From Acutalibacteraceae bacterium (GTDB taxonomy: Bacteria; Bacillota; Clostridia; Oscillospirales; Acutalibacteraceae), in contig JAZRLY010000029.1 of assembly GCA_045647065.1 (NCBI GenBank), positions 2,548-66,547 on the forward strand: a stretch of 64,000 bases of DNA, in the 5' to 3' direction. Each line of letters starts with the position of its first letter. The stretch's first letter is position 1. The position numbers and the translations under genes were made by a program. The notes below the pieces were generated by a model. That model was not told the origin of the DNA, searched no databases, and saw only the letters and a program-made list of their open reading frames with translations. Positions 18,127 through 28,471 of this stretch are shown one piece after another.

Positions 18127-18947
18127 GCAACCGTTCTTCTCTCGGGTCAAAGCTTGTTGCCTCGCCTTACATCGTCTGGTCGGTGCTGTTCATAATCGCC
18201 CCGCTGTTTTTTGTTGTTTATTATTCGTTTACCGATGCTTCGGGAGCTTTCACTTTTGAAAACATAACTGCCCTGAGCAAATATACGCCGACTTTTCTGC
18301 GTTCAATCTGGTTCGGAATAGTTGCAACAATCATCTGTCTTATAATAGCGTTTCCGCTTGCGTATATCATTTCGCAAAAGACAGAAAAGGTTCAGCGAAC
18401 GATGGTTATGCTCGTTATGCTTCCTATGTGGATGAGCTTCCTTATCAGGACTTATTCTTGGATGGCGCTTCTTCAGGATACGGGTATAATTAACAATCTT
18501 CTCGGCAAAATCGGAATTGACCCGATTCATATGATTAATACCGAAGGCGCGGTTATTCTCGGTATGGTTTATAATTTCCTGCCGTATATGATAATGCCGA
18601 TTTATTCGGTTATGGCAAAGCTTGATTACAGTATGGTTGAAGCCTGCCAGGATCTGGGCGGTAACCGCCTTACCGTCGTAAGACGATGCATAATCCCGAT
18701 GAGTATGCCCGGTATCGTTTCGGGTATCACTATGGTTTTTGTGCCCTCTGTCAGTACATTCTACATTTCGCAGAAACTCGGCGGCGGCTCGTTTGACCTT
18801 ATCGGTGATGTTATTGAAAGACAGTTCCAGCAGTCTTATAACTACAACCTCGGCGCGGCGCTTTCGCTTGTGCTGATGGTGCTTATTCTTATCAGTATGG
18901 CGGTTATGAACCGCTTCACGGGCGATGAGGAGGGCGTGGTTATATGA
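18123..18947 (+). CDS. potB: Spermidine/putrescine ABC transporter permease
   Basis: [32 protein letters not shown]. Confidence 0.9.
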   Translation: MSNRSSLGSKLVASPYIVWSVLFIIAPLFFVVYYSFTDASGAFTFENITALSKYTPTFLRSIWFGIVATIICLIIAFPLAYIISQKTEKVQRTMVMLVMLPMWMSFLIRTYSWMALLQDTGIINNLLGKIGIDPIHMINTEGAVILGMVYNFLPYMIMPIYSVMAKLDYSMVEACQDLGGNRLTVVRRCIIPMSMPGIVSGITMVFVPSVSTFYISQKLGGGSFDLIGDVIERQFQQSYNYNLGAALSLVLMVLILISMAVMNRFTGDEEGVVI

Positions 18948-19747
18948 AAGCTGCATCAAAGGTTTATACTTTCCTTGTTTTCCTTTTTCTCTATGCGCCG
19001 ATTCTCGTAATGATTCTTTTTTCATTCAACTCGTCAAGCAGTACAAGCGTTTTTGCAGGCTTTTCGCTTGATTGGTACAAGGCGCTTCTTGAGGATAAAG
19101 CAACTTTAAGATCGCTTTATAACACAATCATTCTTGCTGTGTGCTCTTCTGTGATCGCAACCGTTCTCGGAACTTCGGCGGCAGTCGGCATCGATAAATT
19201 CAAAAAAGGTCCCGTACGTGCGGGTGTTATGGCAACAACAAACATTCCTATGACAAACCCCGAAATCGTAACGGGTATCTCAATGATGCTTCTGTTTGTT
19301 TTTGTGGGCAGACTTCTGAGCAAGGATGCCGTACTCGGCTTTGGCACAATGCTTATCGCTCATGTCACATTCAATCTGCCCTATGTTATTCTCAATGTAT
19401 TGCCCAAGCTCCGTCAGACGGACAGGAATCTTTCCGAAGCGGCGCAGGATCTGGGTTGTAAGCCTGTCACGGCATTTTTTAAGGTTGTTCTGCCGTCAAT
19501 TATGCCCGGTATAATTACCGGTATGATTATGGCGTTTACCCTTTCGCTGGATGATTTCATTATCAGCTATTTCACCAGCGGACCCGGTTTTCAGACTCTT
19601 CCGATTGCTATTTTCTCAATGACAAAGAAACGAGTCAAGCCGGATATGTATGCTCTTTCGGCTCTGATTTTTGTGAGCATACTCGTTCTTCTTATTCTTT
19701 ATAATATTGCACAGTCAAAGAGTGAGGAGAAAAGCAAGAAAAAATAA
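18944..19747 (+). CDS. potC: Spermidine/putrescine ABC transporter permease
   Basis: FLYAPI..FSFN, EAAQDLG, AFTLSLDDF. Confidence 0.9.
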   Translation: MKAASKVYTFLVFLFLYAPILVMILFSFNSSSSTSVFAGFSLDWYKALLEDKATLRSLYNTIILAVCSSVIATVLGTSAAVGIDKFKKGPVRAGVMATTNIPMTNPEIVTGISMMLLFVFVGRLLSKDAVLGFGTMLIAHVTFNLPYVILNVLPKLRQTDRNLSEAAQDLGCKPVTAFFKVVLPSIMPGIITGMIMAFTLSLDDFIISYFTSGPGFQTLPIAIFSMTKKRVKPDMYALSALIFVSILVLLILYNIAQSKSEEKSKKK

Positions 19748-19770
19748 CACTTTCAAGTGGGGTGTTTTTA

Positions 19771-21039
19771 TTGAAAAAAAGAATTGCATCCGTGCTTTTT
19801 GTGTTGATTATTTCTCTTCTGCCCTGCGTGACCTCGGTTGCGGCGGAGCAGAGTGAAATCGATGCGCTCAGAGGCACAACGCTTTATGTTTATAACTGGG
19901 GCGAATACATCTCCGACGGTGCCGATGACACGCTCGATGTCAATGCGGCATTTGAGGAGAAATACGGCATTGAAGTTGTTTATGAAACATACGATAATAA
20001 CGAGGTAATGTATTCAAAGCTCAAGGGCGGCGGAGTTTCCTATGATGTTGTTATTCCGTCGGACTATATGATTCAGAGAATGATTACTGAAGATATGCTT
20101 CAGCCGATTGATTTTTCGAATATTCCGAATTATAAGTATATCCCCGAAAAATATAAAAATCTTGCTCACGACCCGAAGAATGAATATTCCGTGCCTTATA
20201 CGGTTGGTATGGTCGGTCTGATCTATAACACCGAAATGGTTGAAGAGGCTCCTGACAGCTGGACGGCTCTTTGGGACGAAAACTATGAGAACAGCATCCT
20301 TATGTTCAATAATCCCCGTGACGCATTTGCGATTGCGCAGAGCGTTCTCGGTATGGACTATAACAATGAATCCGATGTTTCGTGGAGAGTAGCCGCAGAG
20401 CTTCTCAAGGAGCAGAAGAATGTTTCTCCCGCATATGTAAACGATGAGGTCTTTCTCAAGATGGAAGCGGGTGAAGCAGCAATGGCACCTTATTATGCAG
20501 GCGACTTTCTCACTATGAAGGATAATAATCCCGCCCTCGAATTCGTTTATCCCAAGGAAGGTGTTAACTTCTTTGTTGACGGTGCGTGTGTTCTCAAAGG
20601 CGCAAAGAACAAGCTTGCGGCAGAGCTTTACATAAACTTCCTGCTTGATCCCGAGGTTGCTCTTGCTAATGCGGAATATATCTGCTATGCAAGTCCGCAC
20701 ACCGAAGTTTATTCAAACCCCGAATATTCTTTTTATGAGGATGAAATCCTCTATCCCGAGGACGGCAAGTTCAAAACTCAGCTTTTCCTCAACCTCAATC
20801 CTGAAACCCTTGCTCTTATGAGTACTCTTTGGGATGATGTTAAAAACTATGTTCCCTCGGGTATGGGAAACAATGATTTCTTCTTCGGCGGTTCAGGCTC
20901 TGCTGTTTCAACAGATGACGGAGAGGCTATGACTCCCGAAGCAAAGAGATATGCTCTTTATATCGGAATTTTTGCAGCAGTTTGCGTTGCGTTTGTTGTT
21001 TTCCGATATGCAAGAAGAAAATACAGAGAGAATATATAA
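19771..21039 (+). CDS. potD: Spermidine/putrescine substrate-binding protein with C-terminal membrane anchor (likely TTG start at 19771)
   Basis: VYNWGEYI, YDNNEVMYSKL, YDVVIPSDYMI; C-terminal TM segment followed by RRKYR. Confidence 0.88.
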   Translation: MKKRIASVLFVLIISLLPCVTSVAAEQSEIDALRGTTLYVYNWGEYISDGADDTLDVNAAFEEKYGIEVVYETYDNNEVMYSKLKGGGVSYDVVIPSDYMIQRMITEDMLQPIDFSNIPNYKYIPEKYKNLAHDPKNEYSVPYTVGMVGLIYNTEMVEEAPDSWTALWDENYENSILMFNNPRDAFAIAQSVLGMDYNNESDVSWRVAAELLKEQKNVSPAYVNDEVFLKMEAGEAAMAPYYAGDFLTMKDNNPALEFVYPKEGVNFFVDGACVLKGAKNKLAAELYINFLLDPEVALANAEYICYASPHTEVYSNPEYSFYEDEILYPEDGKFKTQLFLNLNPETLALMSTLWDDVKNYVPSGMGNNDFFFGGSGSAVSTDDGEAMTPEAKRYALYIGIFAAVCVAFVVFRYARRKYRENI

Positions 21040-21045
21040 ATTATT

Positions 21046-21083
21046 ACCGCTGTGTAAACTTTTTACACAGCGGTTGATTTTTG
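21046..21083 (+). terminator. Rho-independent terminator after potD
   Basis: ACCGCTGTGTAAA/TTTACACAGCGGT inverted repeat followed by a T-rich tract. Confidence 0.7.
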
Positions 21084-21133
21084 TTTTTCTGTATGATAAT
21101 ATTTTGTCACAAAAACAAAAAGGATTGAATATA

Positions 21134-22192
21134 ATGAAAATTATAAAAATATTCGCCGTAGGACTGCTTGCGGCATGCGTTTTGTTTGCGGCATCGTGTT
21201 CGGTGAAAGAACCCGAAAATGATGTGACAACAACCGTGACCGATTCGCTTGCAACTTCTGCTGCAAATCTTTCGGATGCGATTGATGCTTTCGTGAATCT
21301 TACAGAAAATGTTTTCGAACACGAAGACGAATCCGACTATGGCTATGAGGGGAAAACAGAGGATAAAGAAGAAACCGAAAAGCCGACCATGTATATCCCC
21401 GTATCGATTACAAGTCCGATGACGGAAGAATTCACCGAAAATCTTGTTGAAGAAACAACAAAACCGCAGACGCAGGAAGCTACGGGCAGAAGAACGGTTA
21501 CTCTCAGCTTTGCCGAGGGAAGAACCCTTACCGAAATATTCAAAATTCTTGATGAATATGAGGTTGCGGATTTTGATGAACTTATGGAAACTGCCGCAAC
21601 ATATGATTACAACTATTATCCGCTTGTTGCGAAAATTCCATCGAATCCCAACCGTTGCTTTACACTTGAGGGATATCTTTATCCGAGTACATATGAATTT
21701 TACACCAATTCCCAACCTCAGGACGCGATAGGAAAATTCCTCAGAGGCGGCAAGGCGAACATCACGGAGCAGATGATGGCTCAGGCATCGGCACTCGGTT
21801 ATACGATGGACGAGGTGCTGACGGTTGCTTCGATTGTTGAAAAAGAGGGCGGAAAGTCAAGCGAGGTTGCAAAGATTGCTGCCGTCATTTATAACCGACT
21901 TGAAGCGGGAATGAAGCTTCAGATGGACTCTTCGATTTATTATATCGAACGCCATGTCAAGCCGTATCTTACGGGTGATATCAACCGCTATAACAGCTAT
22001 TATAACACCTATAAATGCAAGGCTCTTCCCGCAGGACCGATCTGTAACCCCGGCCTCAAAACAATCAATGCGGCACTGAATCCCGCGGATGTTGATTATC
22101 TTTATTTCTGCCACGATGAAAATGCAAATTATTATTACGCAGAAACTTATGAAGAGCATCTTGAAAATCTTAAGATTGCAGGCATTGAATAA
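21134..22192 (+). CDS. mltG: Endolytic transglycosylase MltG (YceG) family, lipoprotein-like N-terminus (start revised to ATG 21134)
   Basis: LEGYLYPSTY, ASIVEKEG, VIYNRL, LQMD, YNTY..LPAGPICNPG. Confidence 0.85.
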   Translation: MKIIKIFAVGLLAACVLFAASCSVKEPENDVTTTVTDSLATSAANLSDAIDAFVNLTENVFEHEDESDYGYEGKTEDKEETEKPTMYIPVSITSPMTEEFTENLVEETTKPQTQEATGRRTVTLSFAEGRTLTEIFKILDEYEVADFDELMETAATYDYNYYPLVAKIPSNPNRCFTLEGYLYPSTYEFYTNSQPQDAIGKFLRGGKANITEQMMAQASALGYTMDEVLTVASIVEKEGGKSSEVAKIAAVIYNRLEAGMKLQMDSSIYYIERHVKPYLTGDINRYNSYYNTYKCKALPAGPICNPGLKTINAALNPADVDYLYFCHDENANYYYAETYEEHLENLKIAGIE

Positions 22193-22197
22193 AAATC

Positions 22198-22232
22198 TAA
22201 CCGCCTCGGCTTATGCCGAAGCGGTTATTTTT
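22198..22232. terminator. Terminator between convergent mltG and EFR1 genes
   Basis: TAACCGCCTCGGC-TTAT-GCCGAAGCGGTTA with flanking A/T runs. Confidence 0.7.
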
Positions 22233-22983
22233 ATTCGTGTGTATATTGTCCGTGGAGTTTTGTCTTTTCGCCTCTTTTAATTGCAAACTCGGGACAACGG
22301 TGCAGACAGCCGAGGCACATCGCACACTTTTCTTTTACCCAAACAGGTCTGCCGTTTTGTATTTCGATTGCATCAACGGGGCATTGTTCTGCACAAAGAC
22401 CGCATCCGATACATTTTTCGGTCACGGAGAGCGAGCTTGTTCTTCGCATTTCCTCATATCCACCGTAGAATTTATCTCCGAACGGAATGTGTCTTGAATC
22501 GAAATTCCCTCTTGCTTTTTTGTTGAGTTTATTGATTATACTGCTGATTTTCGTGTCAGCTTTTCTGTTGGTTCTATTGATTTTTTCTTTATCGGAGAGG
22601 TCGTAAACGGGAGTCCAGGTGTCGGGCATTCTGACGGAATACTGAGCGTCGGTTCTGACGCCTCTTTCTTTGAGTAAATCCCTCATCATCTTGCTTGCGC
22701 CGCCCGAAAAACCTCCGAAGGTAATGAGAGTGAAAACATAGCTTTTATTATGATTGATGTTTAGGTTGTTTATAAAGTCAATAACCGTTACAGGCAGACC
22801 GAAATTATAAACGGGCGAAACAAATCCGATCGTTTCGCCGTCATTGGAAGTGAAATCAAAAACGCCTTTTTTCAGACATTCGGTGATTGAAATAATTCTG
22901 CTGCCTGTTGCATCGGCTATTCTTTTTGCGGCGTGGCGGCTGTTGCCCGTTGCGGAAAAATAAAATATCATGATTTTCTCCAA
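22231..22983 (-). CDS. EFR1-family flavodoxin-ferredoxin fusion protein
   Basis: YFSATGNS flavodoxin motif; CIGCGLCAEQCP and CAMCLGCLHRCP 2x[4Fe-4S] motifs. Confidence 0.85.
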   Translation of the reverse strand: MEKIMIFYFSATGNSRHAAKRIADATGSRIISITECLKKGVFDFTSNDGETIGFVSPVYNFGLPVTVIDFINNLNINHNKSYVFTLITFGGFSGGASKMMRDLLKERGVRTDAQYSVRMPDTWTPVYDLSDKEKINRTNRKADTKISSIINKLNKKARGNFDSRHIPFGDKFYGGYEEMRRTSSLSVTEKCIGCGLCAEQCPVDAIEIQNGRPVWVKEKCAMCLGCLHRCPEFAIKRGEKTKLHGQYTHE

Positions 22984-23014
22984 AAAAGCTCAACCCGATG
23001 AGGATTGAGCTTTT
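22984..23014 (-). terminator. Probable terminator after xylB
   Basis: AAAAGCTCAA/TTGAGCTTTT inverted repeat. Confidence 0.55.
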
Positions 23015-23017
23015 GTT

Positions 23018-24547
23018 TTAATCAAGGGTTGAGAGAACTTTGTAGTTATCTTTAAGCGAATTATAAAGCGATGAATAAACGGCGTGGTATTCGCGGTATT
23101 TTGCTGTGTTTGCGCTGTCGGGATTCGAAATCTGTGCCTCGTCGGGAATCATTGCTTCGCAAGCGGATTTGACATCGGGATATATTCCCGAGCCGACTGC
23201 CGCAAGGATGGCAACGCCGAGTGCGGGGCCTTCGGATGATTTTGTTGTGAGCACGGGCATATCGAATGTGTCACAAATCATACCTTTCCAGAGTTTGCTC
23301 TTTCCGCCGCCACCGCAAAGGAGCATTGACTGCGGATTGATGCCCATTTCTTTAAGCACGAGCAAGCAGTCATAGAGCGAATAGGTAACACCTTCCATTA
23401 TTGCTCTGATGAAGTGTGAGCGTGTGTGGATTGCGGAAAGCCCGAAGAAAACACCTCTGCAGTCGGGGTCAAGATGCGGAGTTCTTTCACCCATAAGATA
23501 GGGGAGATAGAGAAGCTTGTCGCATCCGATGCTGATTTTTGAAGCTTTTTCATCGGTGATGATGTAAACATCTTTGCCTTCGCTTGCGGCTTGAGCAGAT
23601 TCTTCGCCGCAGAAGTTATTCTTGAACCACTGGAGCGAAAGGCCTGCACCCTGGGTAACGCCCATAACATGCCAAGCGCCGGGCACCGCACAGCAGAAGG
23701 TATGAACTCTGCCCCTGGGATCTATGACAGGATTGTCTGTGTGAGCGAAAACAACGCCCGATGTACCTATTGTTGTGAATGCTTTTCCTTCTTCAACCAC
23801 GCCCATTCCGACTGCTGCGGCGGCATTGTCTCCTGCGCCGCCGACAACCGATGTCGCTGTTGAAAGACCTGTCTTTTCAGCGGTATTGCTGTTGATATAT
23901 CCCGTGATTTCAGGGGATTCGTAAACTTTTGCGAGGTATTCTTCCTTGATTGAAAGTGCATCAATCATAACCTTTGACCACTTTCTCTGCGGAACATCGA
24001 GAATCTGCATTCCCGATGCGTCCGAAACCTCGGTTGCAAAGTCGCCCGTAAGTCTGAAACGCAGATAGTCCTTAGGCAGAAGAATGTGGCGGCACTTCTC
24101 AAAAATTTCGGGTTCGTTATTCTTTACCCAAAGAATTTTTGATGCGGTGAAGCCTGTGAGTGCGGGGTTTGCGGTGATTTCGATGAGCTTATCTCTGCCG
24201 AGCATTTCTGTCAGCTCATCGCATTCCTTGCCCGTTCTCTGGTCGCACCAGAGGATTGACGGGCGAAGAACATTGCATTCCTCATCGAGCATAACGAGTC
24301 CGTGCATCTGGCCCGAAATGCCGACGGAAACAATATCGTTTTTATCAACGCCGCTGTCGGAAACAACCTTTGAAAGTGTTTCAATCGCGGCATCATACCA
24401 GTCTGCGGGATTCTGCTCTGCCCAGCCGTTATGGGGCTGAAGCAGTTCGTATTCACGGCTCGCCGAAGCAACGGTTGCGCCCTTTTCGTCGAAAAGAACG
24501 GTTTTCGTTGCCGAAGTACCGAGATCTATACCGATAACATATTTCAT
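23018..24547 (-). CDS. xylB: Xylulokinase
   Basis: IGIDLGTS, GISGQMHG, LWCDQRT, GAGDNAA, PYLMGERTP; adjacent to xylA. Confidence 0.92.
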   Translation of the reverse strand: MKYVIGIDLGTSATKTVLFDEKGATVASASREYELLQPHNGWAEQNPADWYDAAIETLSKVVSDSGVDKNDIVSVGISGQMHGLVMLDEECNVLRPSILWCDQRTGKECDELTEMLGRDKLIEITANPALTGFTASKILWVKNNEPEIFEKCRHILLPKDYLRFRLTGDFATEVSDASGMQILDVPQRKWSKVMIDALSIKEEYLAKVYESPEITGYINSNTAEKTGLSTATSVVGGAGDNAAAAVGMGVVEEGKAFTTIGTSGVVFAHTDNPVIDPRGRVHTFCCAVPGAWHVMGVTQGAGLSLQWFKNNFCGEESAQAASEGKDVYIITDEKASKISIGCDKLLYLPYLMGERTPHLDPDCRGVFFGLSAIHTRSHFIRAIMEGVTYSLYDCLLVLKEMGINPQSMLLCGGGGKSKLWKGMICDTFDMPVLTTKSSEGPALGVAILAAVGSGIYPDVKSACEAMIPDEAQISNPDSANTAKYREYHAVYSSLYNSLKDNYKVLSTLD

Positions 24548-24548
24548 C

Positions 24549-25865
24549 TTATTCACCAAACATAATTCCGTTTATTGCGGACTGAAGGTATTCCTGCTTA
24601 CCTGAACCGGGATCAGCGCACTTGCCGAGTGAGCAGGCGTAAGCTGAAAGCTCCTCGAGAGTAGCTTCACCGTCAGCAATCTTTTTGCCGATGCCCGAGC
24701 TGAAGCTTGAATATCTCTCTGCCTTGAAGCTGTCGATTGTGCCGTCTTCAATGATTTTTGCGGCTTTGATAAGACCGAGTGCGAATGTATCCATACCGAG
24801 AATGAAGCCGAGCACCATATCTTCACGGGTGTTACTGGGTCTGCGGTTCTTTGCGTCGAAGTTAAGACCGCCGTTCTTCATACCGCCTGCTTTGAGCACT
24901 TCGTACATGCACATTGTTGCCGAGTAAACATCAAACGGGAATTCGTCGGTATCCCAGCCGAGTACGGGATCACCTTGGTTTGCGTCGATTGAGCCGAGCA
25001 TACCGTTGATAGCTGAAATGCGGAGTTCGTGCTCAAAGGTGTGACCTGCGAGGAGAGCGTGGTTTGCTTCGATGTTCATCTTAAAATCTTTGTCAAGACC
25101 GTACTGACGGAGGAAGCCGATAGCAGTTGCGGCATCAAAATCGTACTGATGCTTCATAGGCTCCTTCGGCTTGGGCTCGATGTAGAAATCGCCTTCAAAG
25201 CCGATGCTTCTGCCGTAGTCAACAGCCATTTTCATAAGGCGTGCAATGTTTTCCTGCTCAAACTTAACGTCGGTGTTGAGAAGAGTTTCATAGCCTTCTC
25301 TGCCGCCCCAGAAAACGTAACCTTTACCGCCAAGTTTGACGGTGATGTCGAGCGCTTTCTTAATCTGAGCTGCTGCAAAGCAATAAACGTCAGCGCTGTT
25401 GGTGCTGCCTGCGCCGTTCATAAAGCGGGGATTTGAGAACATATTTGCAGTACCCCAAAGGCATTTGATGCCTGTTTCGTTCATCTTTTCAAGAATGTAA
25501 TCGCTGATTTCGTCGAGTCTTGTGTTGGTTTCGTTGATATCCTCAGCTTCGGGAACAAGGTCAACATCGTGGAAACAGAAATTCTCAACGCCGAGCTTCT
25601 GCATAAATTCAAAGCCTGCATCAACCTTTGCCTTTGCGTGAGCCATAGTACCTTTTTCTGCACCGAAAGCCTTGTCGGCTGTGTCTCTGCCGAACATATC
25701 TGTACCTGCTGCGCCGAGATTATGCCACCAAGCCATAGCAAAGTTGAGGTGCTCTTTCATTGTTTTACCCATAATAACTTTGTTTGCATCGTAGTACTTG
25801 AATGCAAACGGATTTTTGCTTGAAGCACCTTCGAATTTAATTTTTTCAATAAAATCAAAATACAT
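24549..25865 (-). CDS. xylA: Xylose isomerase (class II)
   Basis: [38 protein letters not shown]. Confidence 0.95.
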   Translation of the reverse strand: MYFDFIEKIKFEGASSKNPFAFKYYDANKVIMGKTMKEHLNFAMAWWHNLGAAGTDMFGRDTADKAFGAEKGTMAHAKAKVDAGFEFMQKLGVENFCFHDVDLVPEAEDINETNTRLDEISDYILEKMNETGIKCLWGTANMFSNPRFMNGAGSTNSADVYCFAAAQIKKALDITVKLGGKGYVFWGGREGYETLLNTDVKFEQENIARLMKMAVDYGRSIGFEGDFYIEPKPKEPMKHQYDFDAATAIGFLRQYGLDKDFKMNIEANHALLAGHTFEHELRISAINGMLGSIDANQGDPVLGWDTDEFPFDVYSATMCMYEVLKAGGMKNGGLNFDAKNRRPSNTREDMVLGFILGMDTFALGLIKAAKIIEDGTIDSFKAERYSSFSSGIGKKIADGEATLEELSAYACSLGKCADPGSGKQEYLQSAINGIMFGE

Positions 25866-25902
25866 TTTTATCACTCCATATATAAAATATGATAACAAAT
25901 AT

Positions 25903-25931
25903 AGAATAGCATATTAAATTTGAAATGTCAA
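25903..25931 (-). promoter_or_regulatory. SigA promoter for xylAB
   Basis: TTGACA-17 nt-TATTCT with extended -10 TG. Confidence 0.65.
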
Positions 25932-25940
25932 AACAAAATA

Positions 25941-25973
25941 CCCCACGGAAACCGCTAATTGATTTCCGTGGGG
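25941..25973 (-). terminator. Terminator after yebC
   Basis: CCCCACGGAAA/TTTCCGTGGGG stem followed by TATTTTGTTTT on the minus strand. Confidence 0.7.
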
Positions 25974-25995
25974 ATGTGATTGTATTACATTCAGA

Positions 25996-26736
25996 TTATT
26001 CAGCGTCGTCAGCGTTTTCCCAGTTATGCCATACAGCCTGAACGTCGTCGTTATCCTCAAACATTTCAAGCATCTTTGCCATATTCTTTATGTCATCGGG
26101 ATTGGTGAGAGCTGTGTATGTTGAGGGAACATATTCAACTTCTGCTGAAACGAAAGCATAGCCCTTTGCTTCGAGGTCTTCTCTTACTGCGCCGCAATCG
26201 TTAGGCTCTGTTCTGATTTCGAAAACGCCTTCATCGTCTGTGATGAAATCTGTTGCGCCTGCTTCAAGAGCATCCTCCATAAGCTTGTCCTCGTCAACGC
26301 CTTCTGCTTCAACAACAAGAACACCCTGCTTTGAAAACATAAATGAAACACAGCCTGACTGACCCATGTTTCCGCCGTATTTGTCAAAATAGTGACGGGC
26401 ATCGCCTGCGGTTCTGTTTCTGTTATCAGTAGGTGCTTCAACGATAACCGCAACACCTGAGGGACCGTAGCCTTCGTATACGATTTCTTCGTAGTCTGCG
26501 CCGCCTGTTTCGCCCGCAGCCTTCTTGATTATTCTTTCGATGTTATCGTTGGGCACATTGTTTGCCTTAGCCTTTGCGATAACGTCCTTGAGCTTTGAGT
26601 TTGATGCGGGATCGGGACCGCCTTCACGGACTACAACAGCAATTTCTCTGCCGATTTTGGTGAAAATTTTTGCACGCTGATTGTCGGTTTTTTCTTTTTT
26701 ACGTTTAATAGTACTCCATTTTGAATGGCCTGACAT
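25996..26736 (-). CDS. yebC: YebC/PmpR family protein
   Basis: MSGHSKWSTIKRKK, YEGYGPSG, TDNRNRT, DDVQAVWHN. Confidence 0.95.
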   Translation of the reverse strand: MSGHSKWSTIKRKKEKTDNQRAKIFTKIGREIAVVVREGGPDPASNSKLKDVIAKAKANNVPNDNIERIIKKAAGETGGADYEEIVYEGYGPSGVAVIVEAPTDNRNRTAGDARHYFDKYGGNMGQSGCVSFMFSKQGVLVVEAEGVDEDKLMEDALEAGATDFITDDEGVFEIRTEPNDCGAVREDLEAKGYAFVSAEVEYVPSTYTALTNPDDIKNMAKMLEMFEDNDDVQAVWHNWENADDAE

Positions 26737-26772
26737 TTATAAAACCTCTCTTTAGTAAATTTTAACCCAAAT

Positions 26773-26801
26773 ATTATATAACAACACTATATTGTTGTCA
26801 A
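26773..26801 (-). promoter_or_regulatory. Consensus SigA promoter for yebC
   Basis: TTGACA-17 nt-TATAAT. Confidence 0.7.
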
Positions 26802-26804
26802 GCA

Positions 26805-27179
26805 TTATTCGAAAACACGCCAAAGGTCGAATTCTGTTTTGTTTTCAATTGCAGGATCACCTTCAACAACTTCAAACGGGGTTGACATATCCTCAAGAAA
26901 AACAATTTTTTTGTTCTTGATTTTGAAGCAATACTTTGCGCCGTCATCTGCGGAGAGGGTGAGGACTCTGTTCGCCACTGTGTATGTTCCGTAACTTTCG
27001 CGGGTTGCCATAACGTTGTATTCAATCACAAAAGTTCCGTCTTCTTCAAGTGAAATCAAAGGATATCTTGCATCTTCCATTCTGTAAACAGACGGCTGAA
27101 TACTGTCTTCGGGGATTTGTGTACAGCCGCCGAGAATAACAACAACAGCGAGCACTATAATAGCAAAAAATCTTTTCAT
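26805..27179 (-). CDS. Small hypothetical lipoprotein
   Basis: MKR + hydrophobic core + LGGC lipobox; AAGGAG RBS. Confidence 0.7.
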   Translation of the reverse strand: MKRFFAIIVLAVVVILGGCTQIPEDSIQPSVYRMEDARYPLISLEEDGTFVIEYNVMATRESYGTYTVANRVLTLSADDGAKYCFKIKNKKIVFLEDMSTPFEVVEGDPAIENKTEFDLWRVFE

Positions 27180-27191
27180 TTTTTTACTCCT

Positions 27192-28049
27192 TTATATTGT
27201 CTTTTTAAAGCCTTTTCCGAGTATTTCATTGGCTTCGCTTACGATGATAAATGTTTTATCGTCAACGGATTTGACGGTTTTGATGATTCCCGAAATCTCG
27301 TGCTTTCTTGCAACGCAGAGAAGAATATTTTTGCTGTTACCCGTATATGCGCCGACGGCGGGGATAATCGAAACTCCTCTGGGTGATGAGTTGACTATGG
27401 CTTTTGAAACTTCATTGGCTTTTTCGGAAACAATCATAAGCATTTTTCCGTTGCCTGTGCCGTAAATCATCGAATCGATAACCTTTGTGCTGACATAAAT
27501 AAGAATGATGGCGTAAAGACCGCTTTCGATACTTCCGAAAACGAACATTCCTGCCGTAACAACGATTGCGTCTGCAACAAGCACGACGCTGCCGACCGTG
27601 ATATGAGGCCATCTTTTATGAGCGAGTCTTGCAACAATATCCGTACCGCCGCTGGTTGCACCCGTAATCATAATAAGACCGAGCCCTGCGCCCTGAAAGA
27701 GACCGCAGAAGAGCGCAGCAAGGATTTTATCGCCCGTATATTCGGGAGCAAAAATTGCAACAACATCAAGTGCGGTTGAGAGCAGGATGGTTACCCACAA
27801 AGTTCTTGCTACAAGTTGTTTTCCGAGATAAATCATCATCAGAATAAGCAAGGGGATGTTTAGGGCAAAGTTGACCGTGCCCACAGGCACATCAAAAAGA
27901 TGATTGAGAATAACCGCAACGCCCGTAACACCGCTCTGTGCAATGTTGTTTGGAACGGAGAAACAGTTAACTCCGATTGAGTAAAGAATACAGCCGACAA
28001 GCCACAAACCATTATTTCTGAGCAGCTCAATTGCCTTTGTTTTATTCAT
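27192..28049 (-). CDS. YitT family membrane protein
   Basis: GVTGVAVI, LNIPL, TSGGTDIVA, RGVS..GAYTG, C-terminal DUF2179-like domain ending EILGKGF. Confidence 0.85.
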   Translation of the reverse strand: MNKTKAIELLRNNGLWLVGCILYSIGVNCFSVPNNIAQSGVTGVAVILNHLFDVPVGTVNFALNIPLLILMMIYLGKQLVARTLWVTILLSTALDVVAIFAPEYTGDKILAALFCGLFQGAGLGLIMITGATSGGTDIVARLAHKRWPHITVGSVVLVADAIVVTAGMFVFGSIESGLYAIILIYVSTKVIDSMIYGTGNGKMLMIVSEKANEVSKAIVNSSPRGVSIIPAVGAYTGNSKNILLCVARKHEISGIIKTVKSVDDKTFIIVSEANEILGKGFKKTI

Positions 28050-28455
28050 ATTTTACCCCTTCATCGGTTTCTTTGATTGCATTGAAAAGAGCTCTGATTC
28101 TTTCGGTTTCTCCTTTGAGATAAAGCCAACCGAACAGACTTTCAAGCCCTGTTGCATAGTGATAATCGGCACTTGATGCGTGCTTGGGAATTGCCCCTGT
28201 ATGAGCATTTCTGCCTCTTTTAAAAACGGCAATCTCATCTTCAGTGAGCATCGGCATAATTCTTCTTATTCCGTCTGCCTGAGCTTTTGCGCAGACTCTT
28301 TTGCTTGCAGTTGAATGAAGGTCTTTAACGGGTCTGTTTGCTTCGCAGATAAGTTCGCTTCTGACAAGCAAATCAAAAACCGTATCGCCCATAAACGCGA
28401 GCGTAAGCGGGCTGAGCGATGCAACATCCGCCGTTTTTTCAAGTAGTGAATTCAA
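28042..28455 (-). CDS. mrnC: Mini-ribonuclease III
   Basis: LAFMGDTVFDL, KRGRNA, YHYATGLESLFGWLY. Confidence 0.9.
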   Translation of the reverse strand: MNSLLEKTADVASLSPLTLAFMGDTVFDLLVRSELICEANRPVKDLHSTASKRVCAKAQADGIRRIMPMLTEDEIAVFKRGRNAHTGAIPKHASSADYHYATGLESLFGWLYLKGETERIRALFNAIKETDEGVKYE

Positions 28456-28471
28456 AAATTATACCCCGCAA

